The notes beneath the pieces were generated by a model, which saw only the letters and a program-made list of their open reading frames with translations, ran no database searches and had not been told where the DNA came from. From Candidatus Andersenbacteria bacterium RIFCSPHIGHO2_02_FULL_45_11 (lineage in GTDB: Bacteria; Patescibacteriota; Andersenbacteria; UBA10190), in contig MHHP01000016.1 of the NCBI GenBank assembly GCA_001817055.1, forward strand, positions 1 to 34,483: a DNA stretch of 34,483 nucleotides. The letters run 5' to 3'. A program made the translations under genes and the position numbers. Below, piece after piece: positions 8,787 through 17,830 of the stretch (position 1 is the stretch's first letter; every line of letters starts with the position of its first letter).

Positions 8787-11700
8787 TTATACACGACGCG
8801 TGGTTGATCGGTAGATAGCGTATCCAAGCCCTGCAATCACTAGGGCAAGGAGCCAATACATCCAGTTTTTCCGTAGTGCGCTCGGAGAGTCTGCTTCTTG
8901 TGGCTCTGGTGTTGGAGATATAGTCTCCTGTTCTCCCGCAACTTCAGGAGACGTTGTTGGTGTAGGAGATGGTGACACCGATAGTGTCTGTGATACTTGC
9001 TGCCCAGATGTTGTCGTTCCGTACACTCGCCCACTTCCTGTTTCATATGCAATTTGTGTTCCCGTAACTACCGGTGCAGCAATCGTACTTGCTGGAGATT
9101 TCTTTGCTGTTGTCTTGGCGCCCAATACCCTTCCTGCAGAAGATGACGAAACTGTTGTGCTCGATGATGAATCTCCACTGCTTCCGCCAGTCCCCGCTCC
9201 GCCAGTTGTTGGTTCTGTGCCAAACGAGTATTCGTTACTTACCGATTCCGGTGAGCCCGCAGAAATCACACGGTAGAAATACGTAGTGTTGGAATTCAAC
9301 CCGCTAATAAGTACTGAATGATTTGTGACTTTGTTCGGCGCAACATCTAACAAGTCCGAAGAATTCGTATATCCATAATTAGGGCCACTTCCCAGTACTG
9401 GCACAGACGTTGTTCCAAATACCACGCGTGAAGTGGACGGATCGTCTGTAGTCCAGTCAATTCTTCGCTCTTGAGAAGGATTACTTGTAGTAATTGCGAT
9501 TATGCTTTGTTCGGATACTACAGGGGCAATTGCATATACTTCCGTCATAATTCCAGATGCATTAGAAGCGCCATCAATTGCGATTGCTTTCAGCGTTAAT
9601 GAATGATCAATAGTAACCGGGCCAGTATATAGCGTACTTGCAGATGTTGGAGTGCTACCATCTAATGTGTAATAGATAGTAAACGCATTTGCATCAGTAC
9701 TTGAGATCGTAACACTTTGGTCAACAAGGTAATCTCCACTTGGAATATTTGCAACCGGTGTTGTTGGAGCAATAGTGTCTACAACGTTTACCGTTCGAGT
9801 TACTTGTGTTGCTGAATTTCCTGCTGCGTCATTTACGTTATGTGTAACGGTATACGCTCCTACAGCATTGGTATTTACAGGGTTTACCGTAACAATATTC
9901 GCTGTGATGTTTCCGTCCACGTCATCAGATGCCGTTGCACCTGCATCCGTATATGTAGTTCCAAATTCAACGGTAACAGGCGTTGAACCTGCAAGTGTAA
10001 TGAGCGGCGCAGTAGTGTCAATTACTACCTGCGTTGAAACTACTGGCGTACTTTCATTTCCTGCATTATCAGTAGCTTTCACCGATACGGTATACGAACC
10101 TTCAGCTAATGTTGTGGTTGTAAATGAATACGTGTCATCTCCTGAGTTATAGCTTGCAAGATTCCAGTTCGATCCACCATCGGTGGTGTATTCAACTTTT
10201 TGAATTCCAGAATTATCATCAGTAGCCGTGCCTGTAAATGAAGGTGTTGTATCGTTTGTAGGAGATGCTATGGAATTGATTGTTGCGACCGGATTCACCG
10301 TATCTACATTTACTGTTCCAGTTACAGATTCAGCGCTTTCATTCCCTGCATTATCAACCGCCTTTACGAAGAAGTTCCATATGCCATCGGTCAACGAACT
10401 AATGTACGAAGCTGTAGCATCTGCTGTTTGGTCTGCAATAGTTGTTGCACCTTGTACTGCACGAATTACGTAATGAGATATATCCGACGCTGCGCTATTT
10501 ACTGCATTATCAACAGAATCTGCCCACGCCCATGTTTGCAACACAAGCTTAGTAGGACTTAGCGTAGAAGGTAGCCCAGGAATGGTTGGGGAAGATTTAT
10601 CGATTCTTACTTGCGTTGCCTCGGTAACAACAGCTTCCGTATTGCCAACTGCATCTACCGAGAAATATTTGATCGTATATATTCCATCAGTTGTCAGCGA
10701 TATGGTTGATCCGATATTGCTTCCAATAGTTGGAGTATCGCCATTTGTTGTGTAGTACGTAGTGTTGCATCCGGCTGCACCAACATCATTGCACGTTAAC
10801 GTAATCGTCACATCCTGGTTTGTCCAAGCACCATCAATTGCAGACGCAGTTGTTGCGGGCGCTGTTCGATCAATCGTTACTTCCCATGGGCCAGACCAAT
10901 CACTGCAATTCCCTAATGAGTCACACGCACGAACCTGCCAGTAGTAGGTTCCATTTGAAGTACCAGAAGCATCAATCTCAGAAGTACTCATTGCTCCGGA
11001 TGTATATATAGGTGAACTGAATGCATTGTTCGCACCTACTGCATCAGAGGTTGCAGACTGGTAATAATATGTAACTGGGTTATTAAGGCCATCAGAAACA
11101 TCTTCCCAGTTTAGGAGGAGGCCGGTTGCAGCTACCAGCGCCCCATCTGCAGGGCCCGTAAGCGCAGGTACGGCTGGAGCGTCGGCATCAATAAAGAATG
11201 GGCCAACATGCATTGCCGCAGACCAATTACCAGCGTTGTCTACCGTTCGCAGATGGAAGTAATGGGAGTCTCCTGCCACCAAACTCGAACTCGTTACGTT
11301 CGTAGTAGTTTCTTCGTCATCTTTTGTTGCATCTGGCGTAGTTATAGCATTGGTATCCCACTCGTATGAGAAGCCATCTACTCCAGATAGTGCATCGGTT
11401 GCGCCGCTAATAGAAAGATCGACGGTGGTGTCAGTTGACCATGTTGAAACTGTATGGCTCGTGGATGTAACTGTAGGGTTTACCGGTACCACACCATCAA
11501 TAGTAACCATCCATGGCCCAGACCAGTCACTACAGTTATCCAATGAATCGCAGGCACGAGCTTGCCAGTAGTAGGTGTTATCTGGTGAACCGGAAGCGTC
11601 AATTTCAGAAGCACTTAACGCACCTGATGCATATGGAGAGGAGGTTAGTGCGTTATTCGCGCCTACCACACTATTCAAAGCAGATTGATAATAATAACTA

Positions 11701-13346
11701 ACTGGATTACTAATATTGTTTGGATCAGTCTCGATTGACCAATCAAGCAGTACACTCGCCGGCTGCGTAATCGTTCCACTAACAGGGCCAACTAAAGACG
11801 GTACAGCTGGTGCAATAGTGTCAACAAACGTAATCGTTGCTGTATCTGTTACAACGGCAGCGTCGGTAGTATTTGTTGCGGTAAACACATCAACGGCAGG
11901 CGTAGTTGAAGTTACAGAGAATGTTACTTGGCCATTACTATCGCTTGGGCCAGAAGCTGCGCCTATCACTGGTGATCCAGCTCCAGAAGTTTTCGCGAGT
12001 GTTACTGTCTTGCCAGAAAGCGGATTTCCGAATTGATCCGTAATCGTAACCGTCACAACCGACGCAGTCGTACCATCTGCCTCAACCGTAGCCGGCACGG
12101 CAGCAATAGTGGACGCAGATGCGCTGAAAGCTCCAACTGTTTCTTGTAGGCCGGAAGTAGCGCTAACAGTATCTAGGGTTGCAGTTACTGTGCCACTACT
12201 CGAAACTGTGAAATCGCCCATCGCTAACGGCGTACCGTTGATCGGCCTAACCTTTGCTCCACTAAAGTGTAGTGTCGCATCGCAAGTTGCAGATGATGCT
12301 TGAGTTACATTAAAGCTAACACTTGTTGCTGTAGGGCTCTGAGAAGCCCACACAGGCTCAATACCATCAAGCTGTACCTTGTTAGCCGCAGCGCAACTAA
12401 GAGTATGCGTTTCTCGCACTACAGAAACTGCGCTCGATGTGTCAAATTCAAATCCAGACGGAACGTTCAAACTTAAAGTTCCAACACCGATTTGGCCAGG
12501 CACAGTTTCTACAAGACTTATAGTCGGCACAGTAGTGTATACGCCTGTTCCAGGTGCAGTTGCTGCCGTATCAGCCGAAACTGCGAAAATCGTGAAGTGG
12601 TCTAGGCCAGTAATCGTTACTGTAGATTCTTCTTGCGTAGCTTTTTGCGTAACGTCTTGCGCATTATCTAATTCACCTCTTGTTTCCGCATACTTCACTG
12701 TTACATCCTTCGCATTGCTTGGCTTTGGCAATGTTAAATTATAGCGGAACGATCCGTTTTCCATCGTGCTTGTAATATCGTAGGCGGTATCACTTACAGC
12801 ACCCAATTGCTTTTGTTCATCTTCAGTAAGTTTTACTTCTTTTATAGTAAGAGTTCCTGGAGTGTCTGGAAGTTTTGTAAACTTTACCTTCACAGCAGAA
12901 TTTTGCGGGGCCGTATATGTTGCGTGTACCGATACTGACTCTTTCGTAATTGCAGCACCATTGCTTGTAATATTCCAAGCGCCTTCTTCTGTATCTTGGC
13001 CCTGAGTTTTTTCTTCCTCAGCAACTGCTGGATCTGGCGCTACTACAGCTTCCGTAGTCTCTGCTACTGGGGATTCAGAAACTTCAGGAGCTGGGGTTAC
13101 GTCTGAGGTTGGTTCTGGTGCGGATTCTTGAGATGCTAAAGGTTCTTCCTCGACTACTATCTCAGTGGGAGCTTGGGATTCTTCTGGCGCAGGAGCCTCT
13201 TGCGGAACTTCTACTACAACGGGCGCACTCTCCCCCTCATCTGCAGATGCAACATTATATGCGATCCCTGGCAATACAGGCTGCAATACAAAAGATAGAA
13301 TAGTTAGAGCCGACCATACGCGCATCTTTTTCTTGAGCTTGTCCAT
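8787..13346 (-). CDS. Large (1519 aa) cell-surface protein with tandem Ig-like/FN3 domains and a C-terminal TM anchor
   Basis: Signal peptide, acidic Pro-rich linker, invasin/Big_1-like repeat (ADGTT...VTITDQFGNP), DxxAP...DxxGN repeats, DUF5011-like domain (DAGATASDDVDG), YYTLDGSTPT, S/T/P linker, and terminal WMYWLLALVIAGLGYAIYR plus a basic tail. Confidence 0.9.
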   Translation of the reverse strand: MDKLKKKMRVWSALTILSFVLQPVLPGIAYNVASADEGESAPVVVEVPQEAPAPEESQAPTEIVVEEEPLASQESAPEPTSDVTPAPEVSESPVAETTEAVVAPDPAVAEEEKTQGQDTEEGAWNITSNGAAITKESVSVHATYTAPQNSAVKVKFTKLPDTPGTLTIKEVKLTEDEQKQLGAVSDTAYDITSTMENGSFRYNLTLPKPSNAKDVTVKYAETRGELDNAQDVTQKATQEESTVTITGLDHFTIFAVSADTAATAPGTGVYTTVPTISLVETVPGQIGVGTLSLNVPSGFEFDTSSAVSVVRETHTLSCAAANKVQLDGIEPVWASQSPTATSVSFNVTQASSATCDATLHFSGAKVRPINGTPLAMGDFTVSSSGTVTATLDTVSATSGLQETVGAFSASASTIAAVPATVEADGTTASVVTVTITDQFGNPLSGKTVTLAKTSGAGSPVIGAASGPSDSNGQVTFSVTSTTPAVDVFTATNTTDAAVVTDTATITFVDTIAPAVPSLVGPVSGTITQPASVLLDWSIETDPNNISNPVSYYYQSALNSVVGANNALTSSPYASGALSASEIDASGSPDNTYYWQARACDSLDNCSDWSGPWMVTIDGVVPVNPTVTSTSHTVSTWSTDTTVDLSISGATDALSGVDGFSYEWDTNAITTPDATKDDEETTTNVTSSSLVAGDSHYFHLRTVDNAGNWSAAMHVGPFFIDADAPAVPALTGPADGALVAATGLLLNWEDVSDGLNNPVTYYYQSATSDAVGANNAFSSPIYTSGAMSTSEIDASGTSNGTYYWQVRACDSLGNCSDWSGPWEVTIDRTAPATTASAIDGAWTNQDVTITLTCNDVGAAGCNTTYYTTNGDTPTIGSNIGSTISLTTDGIYTIKYFSVDAVGNTEAVVTEATQVRIDKSSPTIPGLPSTLSPTKLVLQTWAWADSVDNAVNSAASDISHYVIRAVQGATTIADQTADATASYISSLTDGIWNFFVKAVDNAGNESAESVTGTVNVDTVNPVATINSIASPTNDTTPSFTGTATDDNSGIQKVEYTTDGGSNWNLASYNSGDDTYSFTTTTLAEGSYTVSVKATDNAGNESTPVVSTQVVIDTTAPLITLAGSTPVTVEFGTTYTDAGATASDDVDGNITANIVTVNPVNTNAVGAYTVTHNVNDAAGNSATQVTRTVNVVDTIAPTTPVANIPSGDYLVDQSVTISSTDANAFTIYYTLDGSTPTSASTLYTGPVTIDHSLTLKAIAIDGASNASGIMTEVYAIAPVVSEQSIIAITTSNPSQERRIDWTTDDPSTSRVVFGTTSVPVLGSGPNYGYTNSSDLLDVAPNKVTNHSVLISGLNSNTTYFYRVISAGSPESVSNEYSFGTEPTTGGAGTGGSSGDSSSSTTVSSSSAGRVLGAKTTAKKSPASTIAAPVVTGTQIAYETGSGRVYGTTTSGQQVSQTLSVSPSPTPTTSPEVAGEQETISPTPEPQEADSPSALRKNWMYWLLALVIAGLGYAIYRSTTRRV
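10865..11823 (-). repeat. Internal duplication of a ~110-aa FN3-like module in the surface protein
   Basis: Copies at ~10865-11190 and ~11495-11823 share APAVP.L.GP...NP.V.YYYQSA...VGANNA...SEIDASG...TYYWQ.RACDSL.NCSDWSGPW.VTID. Similarity is also visible at DNA level. Confidence 0.85.
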
Positions 13347-13427
13347 AGTGAAGAAATGTTAAAAACAATTATGTATAAAGTGTTCCTTTTCAATATACAC
13401 AATACAAGCCTATTTTGTTTTTTGTTT

Positions 13428-13471
13428 GTCCACAGGCCTTCGCTGAAGCTACGGCCTGCTAGGCAGTCCAC
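13428..13471. repeat. 32-bp palindromic mini-element flanked by 6-bp direct repeats GTCCAC
   Basis: GTCCAC-AGGCCTTCGCTGAAGCTACGGCCTGCTAGGCA-GTCCAC, with an AGGCC/GGCCT stem. Confidence 0.55.
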
Positions 13472-13506
13472 TGTCATTACCCGGCTTGACCGGGTAATCC
13501 ACGTCG
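13472..13506 (+). repeat. REP-like palindromic element, family A, copy 2
   Basis: 35/35 identical to 5043..5077. Confidence 0.9.
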
Positions 13507-13510
13507 AATT

Positions 13511-15337
13511 CTAGGTAGTCGGCAAACTGACTCCCTTTCCTTTGTAATACTGCATTGTATTTTTAAGCTTGTCCCAATCACCCTTATCCGTTAAATAGCG
13601 CTCTGCCCAGTAGTGCCATTCATCACTCGTTGGCGTGCGTCCGCATACTTCAAAAAATATTGTGTTGAGCGGTTGTAATTTTTCAATCGCGACTTTGCGA
13701 AGTTTTGGTTTCCTTGCCCTGAGCTTGTCGAAGGGTTTACTCCTTGCGCCAAGCACTTTCCCTTTCTTCGCAGTTTTTATTTCCGTGTCACGTCCAGGGC
13801 AACAATCCTTTTCATCGCCAGGGCCGCCAGATGCAGTTGTAATAACCGGCTTATCATTTTTAATTTCACTTACAACAGCCGCTTCGCCATCTTCTCCAAT
13901 CGTCACTGTAAACGATTCTTCTTTTCCCAGTATCGTAGTGCCGGTAAGCGTTGTAGATGTAGATTCCTCGGCATCTGTATGGGTCACAATAACTGTGTAT
14001 GGGCCGGTATCTGTTCCGGTGAGCTTTACCGTGTACGTTCCCGCTTCTAATTCTTTAATGATAATAACTTTCGGATTATCCGCCTCCTCATCATCACTTA
14101 TATCTATAAACGCATCATCCCCAAAGTCATTTGTACTTTTTGAAACCGTTTTACCAGAAGCATCCGTAATCGTAATATCAACTGGCGACAGCACTACAAA
14201 GCCAGTAAGCCACTGTGGCTCTTCGTAGGTAAATACTTTCGGAGTATCGTTCGTAATTCCAATTGCAGCTAACGCCTCATTTTGCGCATATTCTGGCAGC
14301 GCACTATGAGGAATGTTTCCTACTGTCACTTTACGAGATCCTATCAACGCACTGGATTTTAATACCGTAGTATCACCTTGTGTGTCATTCGGCTGCGGCA
14401 CGTCTTGCACAGGATGACCGTCGCGCCAACGTTCCAATTGCACGTCTTCTTCGCTTCGCGCATTCGTAAGCTCCACATTTCCAAGCGTGTTGTTATCGAC
14501 TCCTGCAATTGTCGTAACAACAGCTCGGCTAAATAGCTGAGTGCGCGCTGCAATCAATCCCTCTAAGAATGTATTACGCTCACCGGACGTTGTGAGCGCC
14601 CCGCTTTTATTCAAATAGTTATTGACGGGCAACAACTCTCTCAGAGATGGAAATATCTGGCGGAATGATTTGGGCTCAATATCTTCAATATTTCGACGTT
14701 TCCTAAGGGCACCTTCAATTTGATTCATATAAAATCTCAGGGGCGCACTCCATGTAGGTGGAAATATTCCACCTTCCCACGGTAAATATGCTCCGCTTGC
14801 TCCCAAATTAGGCGTACCTAGCATTACAAACTTATCTATCTCACCACGCGTAAAGTCGCTGCTTTTTATGTATCCCTGCGTCAGCAGCCCACCCATACTG
14901 TGCGCAATAATGTCTACTTTCCCCGTTTTTTGCTTTGCTTGTTCAATAATCGGATCCAAAAATTCATGCGCAGATTCCGCATTTGGCTGCCGCCAATCGT
15001 AATACGCAACAAACAAGTCCGTATCTTTCACATACCCTTCTGCTTCGAACCGCATCTCCAAGCCTTGATATATTTTATGGAATGGAACCGGTCCCCACGT
15101 ACCTCCCGATTTATCTGCAAATAAAGAAAAGCCATTAAATGAGCCAACAATGCCGGGTACAATGACAACGGCGTCTCGAGTTGCTCGGCACTCAGAAGAG
15201 CTAGGAAATGCAGTACACGGATCTGGCAATGGGGTTGGTGAATCGGGCGGCGCAACCCTTGTAAAGGCAAGAGTAGAAAACGAATACAAACAACCTACAA
15301 AACATAAGCCAAGAACTAATTTGTATTTACTAGCCAT
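13511..15337 (-). CDS. Secreted alpha/beta hydrolase (LCAT/PGAP1-like lipase/acyltransferase) with C-terminal beta and helical domains
   Basis: Signal peptide from ATG 15337; VIVPGIVGS oxyanion loop, YDWR, AHSMGG nucleophile, LGTPNLGA, GDTTV and H(SALP). C-terminal SPVDITITD domain and a GRTPT..EW.YW helical module. Confidence 0.85.
   Translation of the reverse strand: MASKYKLVLGLCFVGCLYSFSTLAFTRVAPPDSPTPLPDPCTAFPSSSECRATRDAVVIVPGIVGSFNGFSLFADKSGGTWGPVPFHKIYQGLEMRFEAEGYVKDTDLFVAYYDWRQPNAESAHEFLDPIIEQAKQKTGKVDIIAHSMGGLLTQGYIKSSDFTRGEIDKFVMLGTPNLGASGAYLPWEGGIFPPTWSAPLRFYMNQIEGALRKRRNIEDIEPKSFRQIFPSLRELLPVNNYLNKSGALTTSGERNTFLEGLIAARTQLFSRAVVTTIAGVDNNTLGNVELTNARSEEDVQLERWRDGHPVQDVPQPNDTQGDTTVLKSSALIGSRKVTVGNIPHSALPEYAQNEALAAIGITNDTPKVFTYEEPQWLTGFVVLSPVDITITDASGKTVSKSTNDFGDDAFIDISDDEEADNPKVIIIKELEAGTYTVKLTGTDTGPYTVIVTHTDAEESTSTTLTGTTILGKEESFTVTIGEDGEAAVVSEIKNDKPVITTASGGPGDEKDCCPGRDTEIKTAKKGKVLGARSKPFDKLRARKPKLRKVAIEKLQPLNTIFFEVCGRTPTSDEWHYWAERYLTDKGDWDKLKNTMQYYKGKGVSLPTT
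13716..13735 (-). repeat. Palindromic element, family B, in-frame within the lipase gene
   Basis: Minus strand CCCTTCGACAAGCTCAGGGC, translated as PFDKLRA in a low-complexity linker. A degenerate relative lies at 32698..32721. Confidence 0.7.
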
Positions 15338-15637
15338 ATAAATCACGTAATGCCAGACTTGCAGCGATCGCCAGTATTAAATATGGAGCAAGTAACCCTA
15401 AAACTAGGCCTACTATCGAAGCAATGATGATCTTTTTTCTAAATATTGTTCCATCTTTTTTATGAGCTGCTTCTTTCCTATAAAAAAATATACCCAGGGC
15501 AATAATGCGAAAATGAACGGTAAATAAATATAACTAGAGAGTAGCGTTTCAGAGAAAACAACAATCCACTTATCTTCTGCGCCTGGATAAACTGCCGGAT
15601 TCCTACCGTAATACTCCAAAATCTTATCAACTAGCAT
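15330..15637 (-). pseudogene. Small membrane protein gene split by a frameshift in a T7 run
   Basis: Frame 1 reads MLVDK...LLPWVYFF. Adding one T at 15482-15488 continues YRKEAAHKKDGTIFRKKIIIASIVGLVLGLLAPYLILAIAASLALRDLYG*, whose stop overlaps the lipase ATG (ATGGCTAG). Confidence 0.65.
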
Positions 15638-15666
15638 TCGTTTATTGTACACCTATACTTACACAA

Positions 15667-16488
15667 CTATAATAATTTCTTAAGCGTTTTGTTTCCGGCC
15701 AATGATCGCATTTGGACGATGGCAATTTCATTAAGGGTCAACAATCGATCGGGTTGAGCTAGTCCCTGCCGAATAAATTCGGCGTTCAGTGATTCCAGAT
15801 TTGCCAGGCAAACGAGCTGGGTAACATCAGCATAATCTCTCATGTTTCCTTCTTTTCTTTTGTTGGCATCCTTCCAGGCTTTTGCAGTCAATCCAAATAA
15901 TGCAACATTCAACACGTCGGCTTCATTGGCGTACGTTATGTTTGCATTTTTTCTTGATAACTTTTGAGGAACTATAATATTTTCTTTGATTGCGTCAGTA
16001 TGAATCCTATAATTAATTTTCGTGAGCATCCTTTTTGTATCCCAGCCAAGTTCCAGCTTTTTATTTTCTTCCAGCTTTAGCCTTTGAAATTCTTTGATCA
16101 AATACAGCTTAAATTCCGGAGAAATCCATGAAGCAAACTCGAATGCGATGTCCTTGTGAGCAAATGTGCCTCCACCATAGCGCCCAGCCTTACTAATCAA
16201 TCCTACGGCATTTACCGACTCAATCCAACGCTTGGGCGTAAGAGAGAAACTATTTGCACCTGCCTCGTTTTTAAACACATCGAATTCGATGTGTTTAAAA
16301 TTAGGGTTATGCAAATGTTCCCAAATACCTAAAAACTCGACAGTGTCTCGATTTCTCATCCAGTTTTGAACAACGTACTCAGTCCGCTCCTTATCTTTAA
16401 ATCGAGCTATATCTGTTAATGAAATATAATCATTTTCATTCCGTTCAAAAGTATATACTTGGATTCCCTTGGCAATAATCTTCTTCAT
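15667..16488 (-). CDS. KilA-N domain DNA-binding protein
   Basis: DYISLTDIAR, NWMRNRDTVEFLGIWE, GRYGGGTFAHKDIAFEFASWISPEFKLYLIKEFQRLK. Confidence 0.92.
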   Translation of the reverse strand: MKKIIAKGIQVYTFERNENDYISLTDIARFKDKERTEYVVQNWMRNRDTVEFLGIWEHLHNPNFKHIEFDVFKNEAGANSFSLTPKRWIESVNAVGLISKAGRYGGGTFAHKDIAFEFASWISPEFKLYLIKEFQRLKLEENKKLELGWDTKRMLTKINYRIHTDAIKENIIVPQKLSRKNANITYANEADVLNVALFGLTAKAWKDANKRKEGNMRDYADVTQLVCLANLESLNAEFIRQGLAQPDRLLTLNEIAIVQMRSLAGNKTLKKLL

Positions 16489-16562
16489 TGTCTTATTATA
16501 TCACTTTCGTACAAAAAACGAATGGCGGCATGCTATCTACTAACCTAGAGTATACTTACCAC

Positions 16563-17030
16563 ATGCTCAAAGAAGGAACCAAGGCGCCGGAATTTACGGC
16601 GGAAGATCAATACGGCGACACTCATACACTTGCGCAGTATGCGGGTAAATATGTAGTGCTGTATTTTTATCCGAAAGACGACACTCCCGGATGCACCAAA
16701 GAGGCGTGCGCTATTCGCGACGCATGGTCGGATTTTGCAGATCATAAGATTGCCGTGCTTGGCGTAAGCGCTGATTCTGTAAAAAGCCATGAAAAGTTTT
16801 CTAAAAAATTTGGATTGCCGTTTCCCCTTTTATCAGATCCCGATAAAAAGATCCTCAACGGCTACGAAGTAATTGGAATGAAAAAGATGTGGGGCCGAGA
16901 ATATGAAGGTATTTTGCGTATCACCTACCTTATTGCGCCAGATGGCACTATTGCAAAAGTATATCCGAAAGTGAAGCCTGCAGACCACGCACAAGAAATA
17001 TTGGCGGATATTGCAGCGCTACAGTCGTAA
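16563..17030 (+). CDS. bcp: Thioredoxin-dependent thiol peroxidase Bcp/PrxQ
   Basis: VVLYFYPKDDTPGCTKEAC, GVSAD and LLSDPD. Start reassigned to ATG 16563. Confidence 0.95.
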   Translation: MLKEGTKAPEFTAEDQYGDTHTLAQYAGKYVVLYFYPKDDTPGCTKEACAIRDAWSDFADHKIAVLGVSADSVKSHEKFSKKFGLPFPLLSDPDKKILNGYEVIGMKKMWGREYEGILRITYLIAPDGTIAKVYPKVKPADHAQEILADIAALQS

Positions 17031-17043
17031 CCCTTTCACGTCT

Positions 17044-17514
17044 TTACCATTCGAGCTTCTTTGCAATACCAGAAAATCTTTTATTTGGTTCAAGTGTAAG
17101 CACGTGACCATCTCCATCAAACGTGCTAGTGAAGAATTCAAGAAACCCGCTGTGCCCGAGTATTGCAGGACTATTTCCATCATCGCTAAACCAAATAGAC
17201 GACGGAAATTCGTAAACTTCCTCTTCCACTGCGAGACGCAGCACACATTTACTACCAAGAAATAATTCTTCTTTGTGTTGCTCCAATCTTCCCCGTACTT
17301 CTGACTTCGTATTCCTGTCGATAAGAATTCCTGTTATTTCCTCAATATCAAGTAATGGGAATATTGTTTGATCTGAGCCGGTATCAACTAAAGCATCAAA
17401 ACGCATCACACCTTTGGGGCCTGAAAGCAAAACTGGAATTTTTGACTGATACAATAAACCAGATTCAAATCCGGGCGCTGGTGTGATCAGTGATTTTTTG
17501 TATGAAAATTTCAC
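17044..17514 (-). CDS. Retropepsin-like (clan AA) aspartic protease
   Basis: ALVDTGSDQT catalytic motif and AILG..GFLEFF. GTG start at 17514 overlaps the upstream stop (GTGA). Confidence 0.85.
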   Translation of the reverse strand: MKFSYKKSLITPAPGFESGLLYQSKIPVLLSGPKGVMRFDALVDTGSDQTIFPLLDIEEITGILIDRNTKSEVRGRLEQHKEELFLGSKCVLRLAVEEEVYEFPSSIWFSDDGNSPAILGHSGFLEFFTSTFDGDGHVLTLEPNKRFSGIAKKLEW

Positions 17515-17726
17515 CCTCGAAATGCAGCACCGCCAAAACGTATATTCGCATCTGGCACCTTGTCGTACCAAACATCCTTCTCTCCAATCCTCTCTACTTC
17601 ACGATGAAGATCCGCCAAACGATCTGCACTTGCAACAATTCTCATATGGTCGTCACTCCATGCAATCCACTTGCCCGCATATTCAATCGGGACCGTCTGC
17701 GGAGTTTCTGTCTTAAGCTCGCTCAT
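17511..17726 (-). CDS. DUF5678-like small protein
   Basis: 71 aa with EYAGKWIAW...IVASA...VP pattern, coupled to the protease gene. Confidence 0.75.
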   Translation of the reverse strand: MSELKTETPQTVPIEYAGKWIAWSDDHMRIVASADRLADLHREVERIGEKDVWYDKVPDANIRFGGAAFRG

Positions 17727-17830
17727 ACAAATAGTATGCCTTTATTCGCAAATTGACACCAGTCTTTTTTTGGATTTAGCTGCAATATAGAGAACGTGCA
17801 CCTTCCAACCTACGAACAAAGAAAGGGTCT

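Noticed and set aside
10865..11823. Duplicated segment as a DGR template/variable repeat
   Set aside because: Both copies are in-frame domains of one ORF, the differences are not adenine-specific, and no reverse transcriptase is present.
5043..13506. Identical 35-bp repeats as att sites or CRISPR repeats bounding an 8.4-kb element
   Set aside because: There is no integrase, cas gene or spacer periodicity, and they belong to a dispersed five-copy palindromic family.
9775..14228. Numerous plus-strand ORFs antisense to the surface protein and lipase
   Set aside because: These are shadow ORFs from codon bias of the real minus-strand genes, with no motifs or expression signals.
16488..16562. N-terminal extensions in the ORF track (bcp; likewise 8856, 17571, 20443, 25043, 26185, 27739, 28362, 33561)
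   Set aside because: Downstream starts fit family N-termini, stop/start overlaps, an RBS or -10 spacing better.
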